Below are positions 40,522 to 49,215 of a stretch of DNA of 64,000 nt, piece after piece. The position numbers and the translations under genes are program-made. Below the pieces are notes generated by a model. The model worked only from the letters and a program-made list of their open reading frames with translations, searched no databases and was not told where the DNA came from. This DNA is from an uncultured Fidelibacterota bacterium. Its GTDB lineage: Bacteria > Fidelibacterota > Marinisomatia > Marinisomatales > UBA1611. Position 1 is the stretch's first letter, and each line of letters begins with the position of its first letter. The DNA lies in contig CATMHQ010000001.1 of NCBI GenBank assembly GCA_950068325.1, positions 12,433-76,432 of the forward strand. The letters run 5' to 3'.

Positions 40522-42165
40522 ATGAGACAGATATTTATTTCCATCATCTTCCTGAATGTTCTTTCAGCGCAATCCTCCACTTGGGATATTATCCAAGATA
40601 CGATTTGGACACCGAAGTGTGTAGTATGTCATGATCATGGGCTTTATTTTGCAGAACAATCAGGGTTAATCCTGGCTGAAGATGTGGCCTATGAAGAAAT
40701 AATCAATGTAATGCCAAACAATTCTGCCGCAGCTGAAGATGGCCTCTTATTGGTGGGAACAGAAGGCATAACCAGTGTTTATTCCAGTTTTCTCTGGGAA
40801 AAGATTAATGCCAATGATTACGAACATTTTTACCAAGAACATCCTGAATATGGAAACCTCATGCCCCTGGGAATGGCATTTCTCACCAATGGGGAATTGG
40901 AATTCATCCGCCAATGGATCATCGCCGGCGCACCGGAAACCGGCGAAGTAGTTGATGCAAATCTTTTAGACGATACAACCGTTTTTGAATTGCCGGAATT
41001 CGTACCCCTTCCATTACCGGAGAATGGCGTTCAATTTCATTTAGGTCCTTTTGAAGTACCACCCCAATTCGAAAGAGAATTATTCTACTACACAGAAGTT
41101 GATACTCAGGGCATCCTTTTTGTGAATCGAATCGAAACTGCCTTGGCGCCTGGAAGTCACCATTTTATTGTTTACACCTATGATGATGACCTTCCATTTC
41201 AATTGCCTGAATTAAATATTATTCGCGATTTACGATATCCGGATGGGAGCTACAACCAGTATGTTTTATATTACATGGCTTTCCAAAAATTTATTACCGG
41301 GACACAAACCCGGTTTTTTGACTATAGACTCCCTGAAGGTGTTGCCCTAAGAATTGATCCGTCTTTTGGATTTGACTTGAACGTTCATTATCCCAATTAT
41401 TCCAACGAAACAATCATTGGGGAGGTTTATAACAATTATCACTTTGTTGATTCAACCGAGGTGGATCATATCGGAAAGATCCTGCAGTTGGATAAATTTG
41501 ACATTGTATTACCACCCGGTGAAGAGACCACATTGAATAAAATATTTTGGATGGATGAAGCAATTGGGGAAACCATTTCCATTTTTCAATTATGGTCTCA
41601 TGCCCATAAGCATAATATCAATTTCAAGGTTTTTCGGGTGAGCCAAACCGATCCTGATTATCAGGAATTGGTTTATCTGGCTCTGGACTGGGATCATCCA
41701 CCGATCATAGAATATGATCCACCCATGGTTTTTCATGAAGGTGATGGTCTTGAACTGGAAGCGACCTTTTACAATGATACAGATGAGGAAATCAATTTTG
41801 GATTGTTGAGCACGGACGAAATGATGATTCTGTTTGGATTGTATTATGAGGGTGAAGAATTGGCAACGGATGATAATGTTGAACCTCTACCTACCGAATT
41901 TGGAATCATGAAAATTTATCCAAACCCATTCAACCCAAGCACCACAATCCGGTTTGATACTCCGGTAGTAGAGACTCGATTTATCACGTCTCTACAAATA
42001 TTTGACATAACCGGGCATTTGGTGGAAACGTTGATAGATGGAACAGCCGAACCGGGAACACATGAAATTCAATGGAATGCATCTAGGCAATCCAGCGGGA
42101 TTTATTTTGTGCGGTTGCAAAGCCGTGAATTTGTGGAAACACAGAAAATTGTGCTGGTGAAATGA
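40522..42165 (+). CDS. Secreted c-type cytochrome / copper type II (PHM/DBH-like) monooxygenase fusion with a C-terminal sorting domain
   Basis: Signal peptide; CVVCH (33-37), GNLMP..WI.AGA; GSHH (213-214), VHY (289), SHAH (360/362), EMM (434); YPNPFNP tail. Confidence 0.8.
   Translation: MRQIFISIIFLNVLSAQSSTWDIIQDTIWTPKCVVCHDHGLYFAEQSGLILAEDVAYEEIINVMPNNSAAAEDGLLLVGTEGITSVYSSFLWEKINANDYEHFYQEHPEYGNLMPLGMAFLTNGELEFIRQWIIAGAPETGEVVDANLLDDTTVFELPEFVPLPLPENGVQFHLGPFEVPPQFERELFYYTEVDTQGILFVNRIETALAPGSHHFIVYTYDDDLPFQLPELNIIRDLRYPDGSYNQYVLYYMAFQKFITGTQTRFFDYRLPEGVALRIDPSFGFDLNVHYPNYSNETIIGEVYNNYHFVDSTEVDHIGKILQLDKFDIVLPPGEETTLNKIFWMDEAIGETISIFQLWSHAHKHNINFKVFRVSQTDPDYQELVYLALDWDHPPIIEYDPPMVFHEGDGLELEATFYNDTDEEINFGLLSTDEMMILFGLYYEGEELATDDNVEPLPTEFGIMKIYPNPFNPSTTIRFDTPVVETRFITSLQIFDITGHLVETLIDGTAEPGTHEIQWNASRQSSGIYFVRLQSREFVETQKIVLVK
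41968..41995. repeat. GTAG-family REP palindrome inside a CDS (copy 3)
   Basis: GTAGAGACTCGAT-TT-ATCACGTCTCTAC (2 stem mismatches) encodes VETRFITSL. Confidence 0.85.
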
Positions 42166-42185
42166 ACTTTGCAGAAGAGATACTT

Positions 42186-42203
42186 TTCCGCCTACTGGCG
42201 GAA
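42186..42203. repeat. Short GC-rich hairpin (mini-REP-like or terminator-like)
   Basis: TTCCGCC-TACT-GGCGGAA, about 20 nt after the stop at 42165. Confidence 0.5.
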
Positions 42204-42452
42204 ACTTCCGCAAAGGTATGTGTTGAAAACCATGTTGGTGAAACAATTAGTGAGCAGGGAGATTTTATGGATGTATACCTTGTTACCTTGTTTGAAAGTT
42301 GACGGTATCGAAAAATTAAAAGTTTAGATCAGATGATGGATAAAAAAACTGATAATCGAATTTAATTTTAATTTAAACTGCTTTCATGGAAACTAAATTT
42401 CCGTTTAACATTTATCTTTTCTTTCAGGAGTTGAAACAGGTATTGTAATTGA

Positions 42453-42875
42453 CTAAATCACAACACCTTTTTTAAGAATGAGATTAGCAAATAGAGCTGA
42501 TTCACATGTAGCCACAATAGCAAAAGCATCTCGAGATTGATCATAAAAATGTTCTCGAGAAATGGACGTCAATATTGAACGATCAGAATTGTTGTTTTGG
42601 AGAATGGTTTCAAATTTACTCCAAATGTGTGGCGAACTTGCGTCACCGGTATCCATGACAATGGCAAAATCATTCACAGATTCATCGATGGGGAAAAAAG
42701 AAATCATGGCTTGAAGTAAATCGCAAACACCATGCCCATCAGCACGAATAAGCCTTCCTGCATTCGATTCAGCGGGGAAATTCCCATCGGCTAAAACGAT
42801 TTTGTCTCCATGTCCCATACTCATTAGAACATGTATTAAATCTGGGGATAGAATGGCAGGTATGTTTTTTAGTAT
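42453..42875 (-). CDS. fucU: RbsD/FucU family mutarotase with an ATA codon at the start position
   Basis: AAGGAG-5 nt-ATA CTA AAA AAC ATA CCT... gives (M)LKNIPAILSPDLIHVLMSMGHGDKIVLADGNFP; C-terminal ANLILKKGV. Confidence 0.8.
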   Translation of the reverse strand: MLKNIPAILSPDLIHVLMSMGHGDKIVLADGNFPAESNAGRLIRADGHGVCDLLQAMISFFPIDESVNDFAIVMDTGDASSPHIWSKFETILQNNNSDRSILTSISREHFYDQSRDAFAIVATCESALFANLILKKGVVI

Positions 42876-42888
42876 AGGATCTCCTTTT

Positions 42889-44073
42889 TTAAATCACATT
42901 TAACTTTTTACCAACTTTAATAAAGGCCTCAATGGCAGTATCAAGATGTTCTTTTTCCATGGCTGCTGAAATTTGAACTCGAATTCGAGCTTCTCCTTTG
43001 GAAACAACAGGAAAATAAAATCCAATCACATAAATTCCTTCTATCAGCATTTCCGCTGCCATTTTTTGAGCCAAAACTGCATCATAAAGCATTATAGGGA
43101 GGATAGGATGAATCCCCGGTTTTAAATCAAATCCTGCTTCCTTCATTTTTTCTCGAAAATAGGCTGTGTTTTCTTCTAATTTATCGCGGAGTTCAGTTGT
43201 GGCGGACAGCATATCAAATACTTTTGATCCAGCCGCCACAATGGCTGGCGCAACTGTATTAGAAAAAAGATAGGGCCGAGATCGTTGTCTTAACAGATCA
43301 ATGATCTCTTGTCGTCCTGTTGTGAATCCACCGGAAGCACCACCCAGCGCTTTTCCCAATGTGGATGTGAAAATATCAATTTTATCCATAACGCCACAAT
43401 GCTCCCCAGAGCCGCGCCCCGTTTTTCCAACAAATCCTGTAGCGTGGCTATCATCCACCATGACCATGGCATCGTATTTTTCTGATAGCGCTGTGATTTC
43501 ATCCAATTTGGCGATATAGCCATCCATGGAGAAAACACCATCCGTGGCGATTAGTCTTAATCGGGCGCCTTGCGCTTCCTTCAATTTTTCTTCCAAATCT
43601 TCCATGTTGCTGTTGGCGTAGCGGAAACGTTGAGCCTTGCAGAGACGAACGCCATCAATAATAGAGGCATGATTTAATGAATCAGAAATGATAGCATCTT
43701 CCGGTCCGAGAATGGTTTCAAACAATCCACCATTGGCATCAAAACAGGAGGTGTACAGGATTGTGTCATCGGTGCCGAAAAAGTCAGAGATCCTGGATTC
43801 CAATTCCTTATGGAGGTCCTGTGTCCCGCAGATAAAACGTACCGAAGCCATGCCGAATCCGTGGTCATCCATGGCGGACTTGGCCGCTTCAATAATGTCC
43901 GGATGATTGGCGAGACCGAGATAATTATTGGCGCAAAAATTCAGAACATCGCCACCATGAGCCGTGGCAATATCAACCCCTTGGGGTGTGGTGATGGTTC
44001 GTTCATTTTTATAGAGCCCATCCGCCTGAATCTGGGAAAGAATGTCTGTGTAATGTTTTCTAGAATTAATCAT
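42889..44073 (-). CDS. kbl: Glycine C-acetyltransferase (2-amino-3-ketobutyrate CoA ligase)
   Basis: [48 protein letters not shown]. Confidence 0.96.
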   Translation of the reverse strand: MINSRKHYTDILSQIQADGLYKNERTITTPQGVDIATAHGGDVLNFCANNYLGLANHPDIIEAAKSAMDDHGFGMASVRFICGTQDLHKELESRISDFFGTDDTILYTSCFDANGGLFETILGPEDAIISDSLNHASIIDGVRLCKAQRFRYANSNMEDLEEKLKEAQGARLRLIATDGVFSMDGYIAKLDEITALSEKYDAMVMVDDSHATGFVGKTGRGSGEHCGVMDKIDIFTSTLGKALGGASGGFTTGRQEIIDLLRQRSRPYLFSNTVAPAIVAAGSKVFDMLSATTELRDKLEENTAYFREKMKEAGFDLKPGIHPILPIMLYDAVLAQKMAAEMLIEGIYVIGFYFPVVSKGEARIRVQISAAMEKEHLDTAIEAFIKVGKKLNVI

Positions 44074-44081
44074 CTTATTTA

Positions 44082-44145
44082 AACACAGAGTTCACAAAGG
44101 TCACGAAGTAAAATAACTTGGAGAACTCTGTGCCCTTGATGTTTA
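44082..44145. repeat. Short inverted-repeat element built of 9-nt CAC(A/G)AAG-like units
   Basis: CACAGAGTTC (44084-44093) and GAACTCTGTG (44123-44132) form a perfect IR; flanking units are degenerate. Confidence 0.7.
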
Positions 44146-44152
44146 ATAACAA

Positions 44153-45175
44153 TTACCATTCCAAGACAATTTTTCCGCATTGCCCCGATTCCATGATATC
44201 AAATCCATCCTGGAAATCATCCACGGATAATCGATGTGTCAGCACACCGGAAATATCCAAACCACTCCGAATCATCTGCGTCATTTTATACCAAGTTTCA
44301 AACATCTCCCGGCCGTAGATCCCTTTTATATGGAGTCCTTTAAAAATGATGTCATCCCAATTGATCTGTGTGGATTCGGGCAATAGCCCGAGAAGTGCAA
44401 TTCGACCGCCATGGTACATATGCCCCAGCATGCTTTTAAATGCATCGGGATTCCCGGACATTTCCAACCCAACATCAAAACCGGTGATCATATTCAATTC
44501 CGGGTAACAATCCTTGATGGTTTCTTTCGAAATATTGATGGCTCTGGTTACGCCCATTTTTCGAGCAAGATCGAGTCGATATTCATTTACATCCGTGATG
44601 ACTACATTCCGCGCGCCGACAAAATTACAGATCGCCACAGCCATTATACCGATAGGTCCAGCACCAGTGATGAGCACATCCTCCCCCACCATTTCATAGG
44701 ATAGTGCTGTATGGGTGGCATTCCCAAATGGGTCGAAAAATGATGCAATTTCCGATGGAATATCTTCATGAATGGGCCAGACATTGGATTCCGGGATGAC
44801 CAAATATTCTGCAAATGCGCCGTCTCGATGAATCCCGACACCGATAGTTTTATGACAAAGATGTGTCTTACCGGCTCGGCAGTTCCTGCAATACCCACAG
44901 GTAATATGCCCTTCGGCGGAAACGCGATCGCCGGGCTTATAATGCGTTACACCGGGACCAATTTCTTCCACAATGCCAACAAATTCATGTCCGGTTGTAA
45001 GGGGGAGTTCCAAATTACGTTGTGCCCATTCATCCCATTTATATATATGGAGATCCGTCCCGCAAATAGCGGTATGTGTGATTTTGATCTTTACATCGTT
45101 GGTGCTGCATTCCGGAATGGGAACATCTTCAACCCAGATTCCACGTTCGGGAGATTTTTTTACAAGTGCCTTCAT
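44153..45175 (-). CDS. tdh: L-threonine 3-dehydrogenase
   Basis: [50 protein letters not shown]; adjacent to kbl. Confidence 0.96.
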   Translation of the reverse strand: MKALVKKSPERGIWVEDVPIPECSTNDVKIKITHTAICGTDLHIYKWDEWAQRNLELPLTTGHEFVGIVEEIGPGVTHYKPGDRVSAEGHITCGYCRNCRAGKTHLCHKTIGVGIHRDGAFAEYLVIPESNVWPIHEDIPSEIASFFDPFGNATHTALSYEMVGEDVLITGAGPIGIMAVAICNFVGARNVVITDVNEYRLDLARKMGVTRAINISKETIKDCYPELNMITGFDVGLEMSGNPDAFKSMLGHMYHGGRIALLGLLPESTQINWDDIIFKGLHIKGIYGREMFETWYKMTQMIRSGLDISGVLTHRLSVDDFQDGFDIMESGQCGKIVLEW

Positions 45176-45247
45176 TTTTTAAATTTAAAATTTCTTCGAT
45201 ATTTGAATTCAAAATTTAAGATAAATAAAGAATGAATTTTTAAATTA

Positions 45248-45523
45248 AACGCAAAAGGGCGGTGCAAGAAAGTTATTCTCATTCCAAATTTTTTAAACCA
45301 CCCCTAAATTTATTTTAAATAATGGTTTGGGATAATACGTCCCCTCCTTAGATAAGGAGGGGAAAATAGGGGTGGTTAGAAAAAAATATTTCACGATTTT
45401 ATAAAAACCCTTTTTGCTTTATTTATCTCAATCATAAAAAATGCCACTATATTTTTCTTTGCGTCTCTGCCCCTTTGCTTTTAACCATTTTTTAGAAATT
45501 AGGGTATCTTGGTGACCTTAGTG
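45248..45523. repeat. Nested inverted-repeat elements in the tdh/parA divergent intergenic region
   Basis: AACCACCCCTA (45296)/TAGGGGTGGTT (45367) enclose CCCCTCCTTA-GA-TAAGGAGGGG (45341-45362). Outer imperfect IR GCAAAAGGGC/GCCCCTTTGC; solo arm CTTGGTGACCTTAGTG at 45508. Confidence 0.75.
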
Positions 45524-45590
45524 GCTAAAAACTCCTCAAACGATTCTGAATCCAACCCTAAATTGCGTGCCCGATTTTTTCATATTTATC

Positions 45591-46355
45591 ATGGCTACTG
45601 TATTAGCATTCACAAATCAAAAAGGGGGTGTGGGCAAGACCACATCCGCGGTCAATGTCGCATTGAGTTTGGCCGTGACAGAAGTGCGCACACTCTTAAT
45701 TGATTTGGATCCACAATCCAATGCCACTACCGGTTTGTCCGATCTTTTCGAAAAGACGAATGGGTCCATTTATGATGTTTTACTCAGGGGCGATGGGATG
45801 AAAGATGCGGTTACTAAAACATCCTTTTCTCATTTGGATATTGTGTCTTCTACCCATGATCTGGTTGGCGCCGAAATTGAGTTGGTCAGCGTTATGGCGC
45901 GGGAATATCAACTTCAGAAAGCGTTGAGGAAAATTCGGAAGAATTACGATGTGATCATCATAGACTGTCCACCATCACTGGGATTGCTAACCATTAATGC
46001 ACTCACAGCAGCCGATGCATTGGTGATTCCCATCCAATGCGAATATTATGCCCTGGAAGGATTGGGCCAATTGCTGAATACAGTTCGGCTGGTGCAGCGT
46101 CATTTGAATGAAAAATTAGAAATCGCCGGTATCCTCATGACTATGTATGATTCCCGGTTGAATTTGTCCAAGCAGGTCGTGGAAGAAGTTGATGGCTTTT
46201 TTAAGGATAAATTGTTTAAAACATACATCCATCGTAACGTCCGATTAAGTGAAGCACCGAGTTTTGGAAAACCAGCCCTTTTATATGATGCCAATTCCAC
46301 CGGTGCGAGAAATTATATGAGTTTGACAGAGGAGATACTCCAACGTGTCAGTTAA
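45591..46355 (+). CDS. parA: Chromosome partitioning ATPase ParA/Soj
   Basis: NQKGGVGKTT, DLDPQSNAT, IDCPPSLG, QCEYYALEGL, RNVRLSEAPS. Confidence 0.96.
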   Translation: MATVLAFTNQKGGVGKTTSAVNVALSLAVTEVRTLLIDLDPQSNATTGLSDLFEKTNGSIYDVLLRGDGMKDAVTKTSFSHLDIVSSTHDLVGAEIELVSVMAREYQLQKALRKIRKNYDVIIIDCPPSLGLLTINALTAADALVIPIQCEYYALEGLGQLLNTVRLVQRHLNEKLEIAGILMTMYDSRLNLSKQVVEEVDGFFKDKLFKTYIHRNVRLSEAPSFGKPALLYDANSTGARNYMSLTEEILQRVS

Positions 46356-47229
46356 TAGATTAGGAAAAGGTTTGGAAGCCCTGATTCGCCCGGAAGCGGA
46401 ACAGAAGAAAAAACCTGCCAAGAAACCAACCATTGCAAAACCAGGTGTAACGGAAATTCCTTTAAAAGAGATTCGACCGAATCCAAACCAACCCCGCCGG
46501 GATTTTGATGAGTCAGCATTGGATGAACTGGCTGCATCCATCAAAGAGAAAGGTATCCTAACACCTGTTACGGTTCGGGAAGTGGAAGATGGTTACGAAT
46601 TGGTTGCTGGCGAACGTCGCTGGCGCGCATCGAAAAAATGCAGGAAAAGAACCATCCCAGCCTATTTGATCGCTGTAAAAGATGACGCAGAAATGATGGA
46701 AATGGCGTTGATCGAAAATATCCAGCGGGAAGACCTGAATTCGTTGGATGAATCGGAAGCATATGCGGTTTTGAATTCCAAATTTGAAATGTCTCATGAA
46801 GCCATCGCAAAAGCAGTGGGAAAGAAGCGAGTCACAGTTTCTAATTCACTTCGATTATTGAAACTTCCCCCAGATATCCGGAAAAGTTTAAGAAAAGGCG
46901 ATATTTCAGCGGGACATGCCCGTGCCATTCTCCAAGCAAAAACCGGACCGGCTATGAATAAAATATGGAAAATAATCCTGTCAAAAGATTTAAGCGTCCG
47001 TGGTGCAGAAGCCTTGGTGAAAGCAGCAACCGAACCGCCCAAAAAGAAGAAAATTATTCTCACTAAAAAGTCACCCCAGATTCAGGCATTGGAAAACCAA
47101 TTGATAGAAGTTTTTGGAACTAAAGTGAAATTAAAACCAGGGAAAAAAGGTGGTGCTATTGAGATATCTTATTTTTCTGATGATGATCTTGAACGCATTT
47201 TAGATTTAATCAATTCTATTTCCCGATAG
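46345..47229 (+). CDS. parB: Chromosome partitioning protein ParB/Spo0J
   Basis: RLGKGLEALI, PNPNQPRRDF, AGERRWRA, ENIQREDL, HTH region VGKKRVTVSNSLRLL. Confidence 0.96.
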   Translation: MSVNRLGKGLEALIRPEAEQKKKPAKKPTIAKPGVTEIPLKEIRPNPNQPRRDFDESALDELAASIKEKGILTPVTVREVEDGYELVAGERRWRASKKCRKRTIPAYLIAVKDDAEMMEMALIENIQREDLNSLDESEAYAVLNSKFEMSHEAIAKAVGKKRVTVSNSLRLLKLPPDIRKSLRKGDISAGHARAILQAKTGPAMNKIWKIILSKDLSVRGAEALVKAATEPPKKKKIILTKKSPQIQALENQLIEVFGTKVKLKPGKKGGAIEISYFSDDDLERILDLINSISR

Positions 47230-47233
47230 TTCT

Positions 47234-48022
47234 GTGAAACCGGAAAAATACACCATCATGTTCATTCCGGATGATGAGTCCGGCTCCAAATCTTATCATT
47301 TATCTAAAAGAGCCATTCAATCTGGACTCACTATTGTGGCAATCCTTTTCATTTGCGTGTTAGGTGTTTTATTCTATTACGTCCCAAAAATTGCAGATTA
47401 TTCAGAGTTGAAAAATCGGCACGATCAATTCGCTACAGAGCGATTAAACGTATTGGAATTGACCCGAGATTTGGAACGGTTGAGACAGATGGATAAATTG
47501 GTCCGTCATTCCTTAGGCTCAAAATTGGGGATTGATGACCGGCCTGTTGTATCCGATTCCATCACCGGCACTTTTTCCACAGCCAAAAACCAGGTTTCAT
47601 TTATTGATAATATTCCTTCTGTTGCGCCGATCCAGGGATTTGTGAGCCAGGGATCGGGGAAAGCAGCACTCTTTATCAGAAAAACCCATCACGGCATTGA
47701 TATTGTTGCCAAGGAAGGAGAACCCATTTTGGCGGCAGCATCCGGTGTTGTTGTCTATTCCGGTTGGAACTATGAATTAGGTAATTTGCTCATTCTTTAT
47801 CATGGTGATGATTATTTCACCCATTATGGGCACAATCAGCAGAATTTAAAAAAGCAATTGGATACGGTCACTCGTGGAGAAGTAATCGGACTCGTAGGAA
47901 ATACGGGTGTGTCTTCCGGACCGCATTTACATTTCGAAGTTTGGCAGGAATTCATGGCTATGGATCCATTGATCTATTTTCCGGAATACCGCGCCACAGA
48001 TTTAACTTCTCTCCATGAGTAA
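47234..48022 (+). CDS. M23 family peptidoglycan endopeptidase with an N-terminal TM segment
   Basis: HHGID, YGH, GNTGVSSGPHLHFE. Confidence 0.92.
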   Translation: MKPEKYTIMFIPDDESGSKSYHLSKRAIQSGLTIVAILFICVLGVLFYYVPKIADYSELKNRHDQFATERLNVLELTRDLERLRQMDKLVRHSLGSKLGIDDRPVVSDSITGTFSTAKNQVSFIDNIPSVAPIQGFVSQGSGKAALFIRKTHHGIDIVAKEGEPILAAASGVVVYSGWNYELGNLLILYHGDDYFTHYGHNQQNLKKQLDTVTRGEVIGLVGNTGVSSGPHLHFEVWQEFMAMDPLIYFPEYRATDLTSLHE

Positions 48023-48377
48023 GATCAATTTCCAGAATGTTCATACCATGATTGGAGCAGATGCCCGGATCGATGGACCTATCCGCCTCCAGGAAGGAAT
48101 CATAATTTATGGCCAGATTCATGGCGACATTGTGACAGATGGCCCCGTCCGTGTTGCACAAAACGCTTTGGTGCAGGGGAACATTTCCGGAAGCCATATT
48201 CGGGTCGGGGGAACCGTTGTTGGAAATATTGCTGCCGATGGCCAGGTAATCCTTGGGAAAAAATGTGTTCTGAAAGGCGATATTATTTACCGGAAACTTC
48301 TCATCGAGGACGGTGCACAGTTTGAAGGGAAGTGTGATATTGTGGGTCGAGAGTCAGAAAAAACCAAATCATATTAA
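48015..48377 (+). CDS. Bactofilin (polymer-forming cytoskeletal protein)
   Basis: TMIGADARIDG...G.I.G repeats, LLIEDGAQFEGKC. Confidence 0.9.
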   Translation: MSKINFQNVHTMIGADARIDGPIRLQEGIIIYGQIHGDIVTDGPVRVAQNALVQGNISGSHIRVGGTVVGNIAADGQVILGKKCVLKGDIIYRKLLIEDGAQFEGKCDIVGRESEKTKSY

Positions 48378-48458
48378 ACTGTGGCAGGCAGGTAATAATG
48401 ACGTGCATATTTTGAATGAAAATAATTTGGTTTAAATAAAGTTTTTTTAATAAACATG

Positions 48459-48520
48459 TAAAACGTAAATATGTAATAGACCGTGAGATAAGGGATAACT
48501 ACGTTTTATATATTTACATA
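48459..48520. repeat. Dispersed intergenic element, copy 2, upstream of the atp operon
   Basis: Matches 1271-1356. Internal IRs AAAACGTA/TACGTTTT and GTAAATAT/ATATTTAC. Confidence 0.85.
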
Positions 48521-48580
48521 TTTTTTCGGGAAATAATGATTTGAATTTTCATACGAACAACCGTCGCCGGAGTAATAGCC

Positions 48581-48838
48581 ATGCCTGATCCTAAAAGCCG
48601 ATCCGGTTTTGATATAGGACAATCACTGACATATTTTCAGAAAATTGTAAAAGAATCCGGTCCTGCTGCTTCTGCCTCATATACACTCTTGGCATCAGTG
48701 CTAGTTTTTACATTATTGGGCTGGTATATTGATTCGTCAAGCGGAACAAAACCGATGGGCATTTTAGTGGGTCTGGGTATTGGATTGATCACCGGTTTTT
48801 ATCATCTGGCAAAAACGATTTGGAAGCATAAAAATTGA
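48581..48838 (+). CDS. AtpZ/AtpI family membrane protein
   Basis: Two TM segments, GWYID motif, first gene of the atp operon. Confidence 0.8.
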   Translation: MPDPKSRSGFDIGQSLTYFQKIVKESGPAASASYTLLASVLVFTLLGWYIDSSSGTKPMGILVGLGIGLITGFYHLAKTIWKHKN

Positions 48839-49182
48839 AATTATTTCTTTACGGTTTGGTGGCTTCTGCAGGTATTCTTGGATTGGCTGCGGGATTTTAT
48901 CCTGAATATCAAATTGAACTGTTTTCGGGATGGATTCTCCCCGTTTTGGCAGGAGTGGTTACTGTTTATTTTGTATTGGATGCAGCTAAAAAAGACGCAC
49001 AACTCGTCACAAAAACAATTGCGAAAGGGTTTGTAATAAAAATGATCTATTATGGTGCAACTATGCTCATTCTATTTAAACTATATTCTTTTGAACCGGT
49101 TCCTTTCATTTGTAGTTTTTCAGGCTTTTTTCTAGGGCTTCATGCACTGGAAGCGGTCATTATAGAAGACATTTCGAAGTAA
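48835..49182 (+). CDS. ATP synthase subunit I-like membrane protein
   Basis: Four hydrophobic segments; position immediately before atpB. Confidence 0.65.
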   Translation: MKLFLYGLVASAGILGLAAGFYPEYQIELFSGWILPVLAGVVTVYFVLDAAKKDAQLVTKTIAKGFVIKMIYYGATMLILFKLYSFEPVPFICSFSGFFLGLHALEAVIIEDISK

Positions 49183-49215
49183 ACTAAATCTTAATCCAAT
49201 TTAACCAATAGCAGT

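Noticed and set aside
42204-42360. Possible gene remnant after the monooxygenase
   Set aside because: Short frames interrupted by stops, with no family recognisable.
27384-42400. Genomic island integrated at tRNA-Val
   Set aside because: No integrase, and no duplicate of the tRNA 3' end was seen; csp follows the tRNA directly.
44093-45523. tdh as cargo of a composite element (14/16 IR at 44093-44108 and 45508-45523)
   Set aside because: The left arm has its own local partner at 44117-44145, tdh-kbl is a normal conserved pair, and no transposase or target duplication is seen.
45176-48580. parS site or oriC near parAB
   Set aside because: No TGTTTCACGTGAAACA-like palindrome or DnaA-box cluster was recognised by eye.
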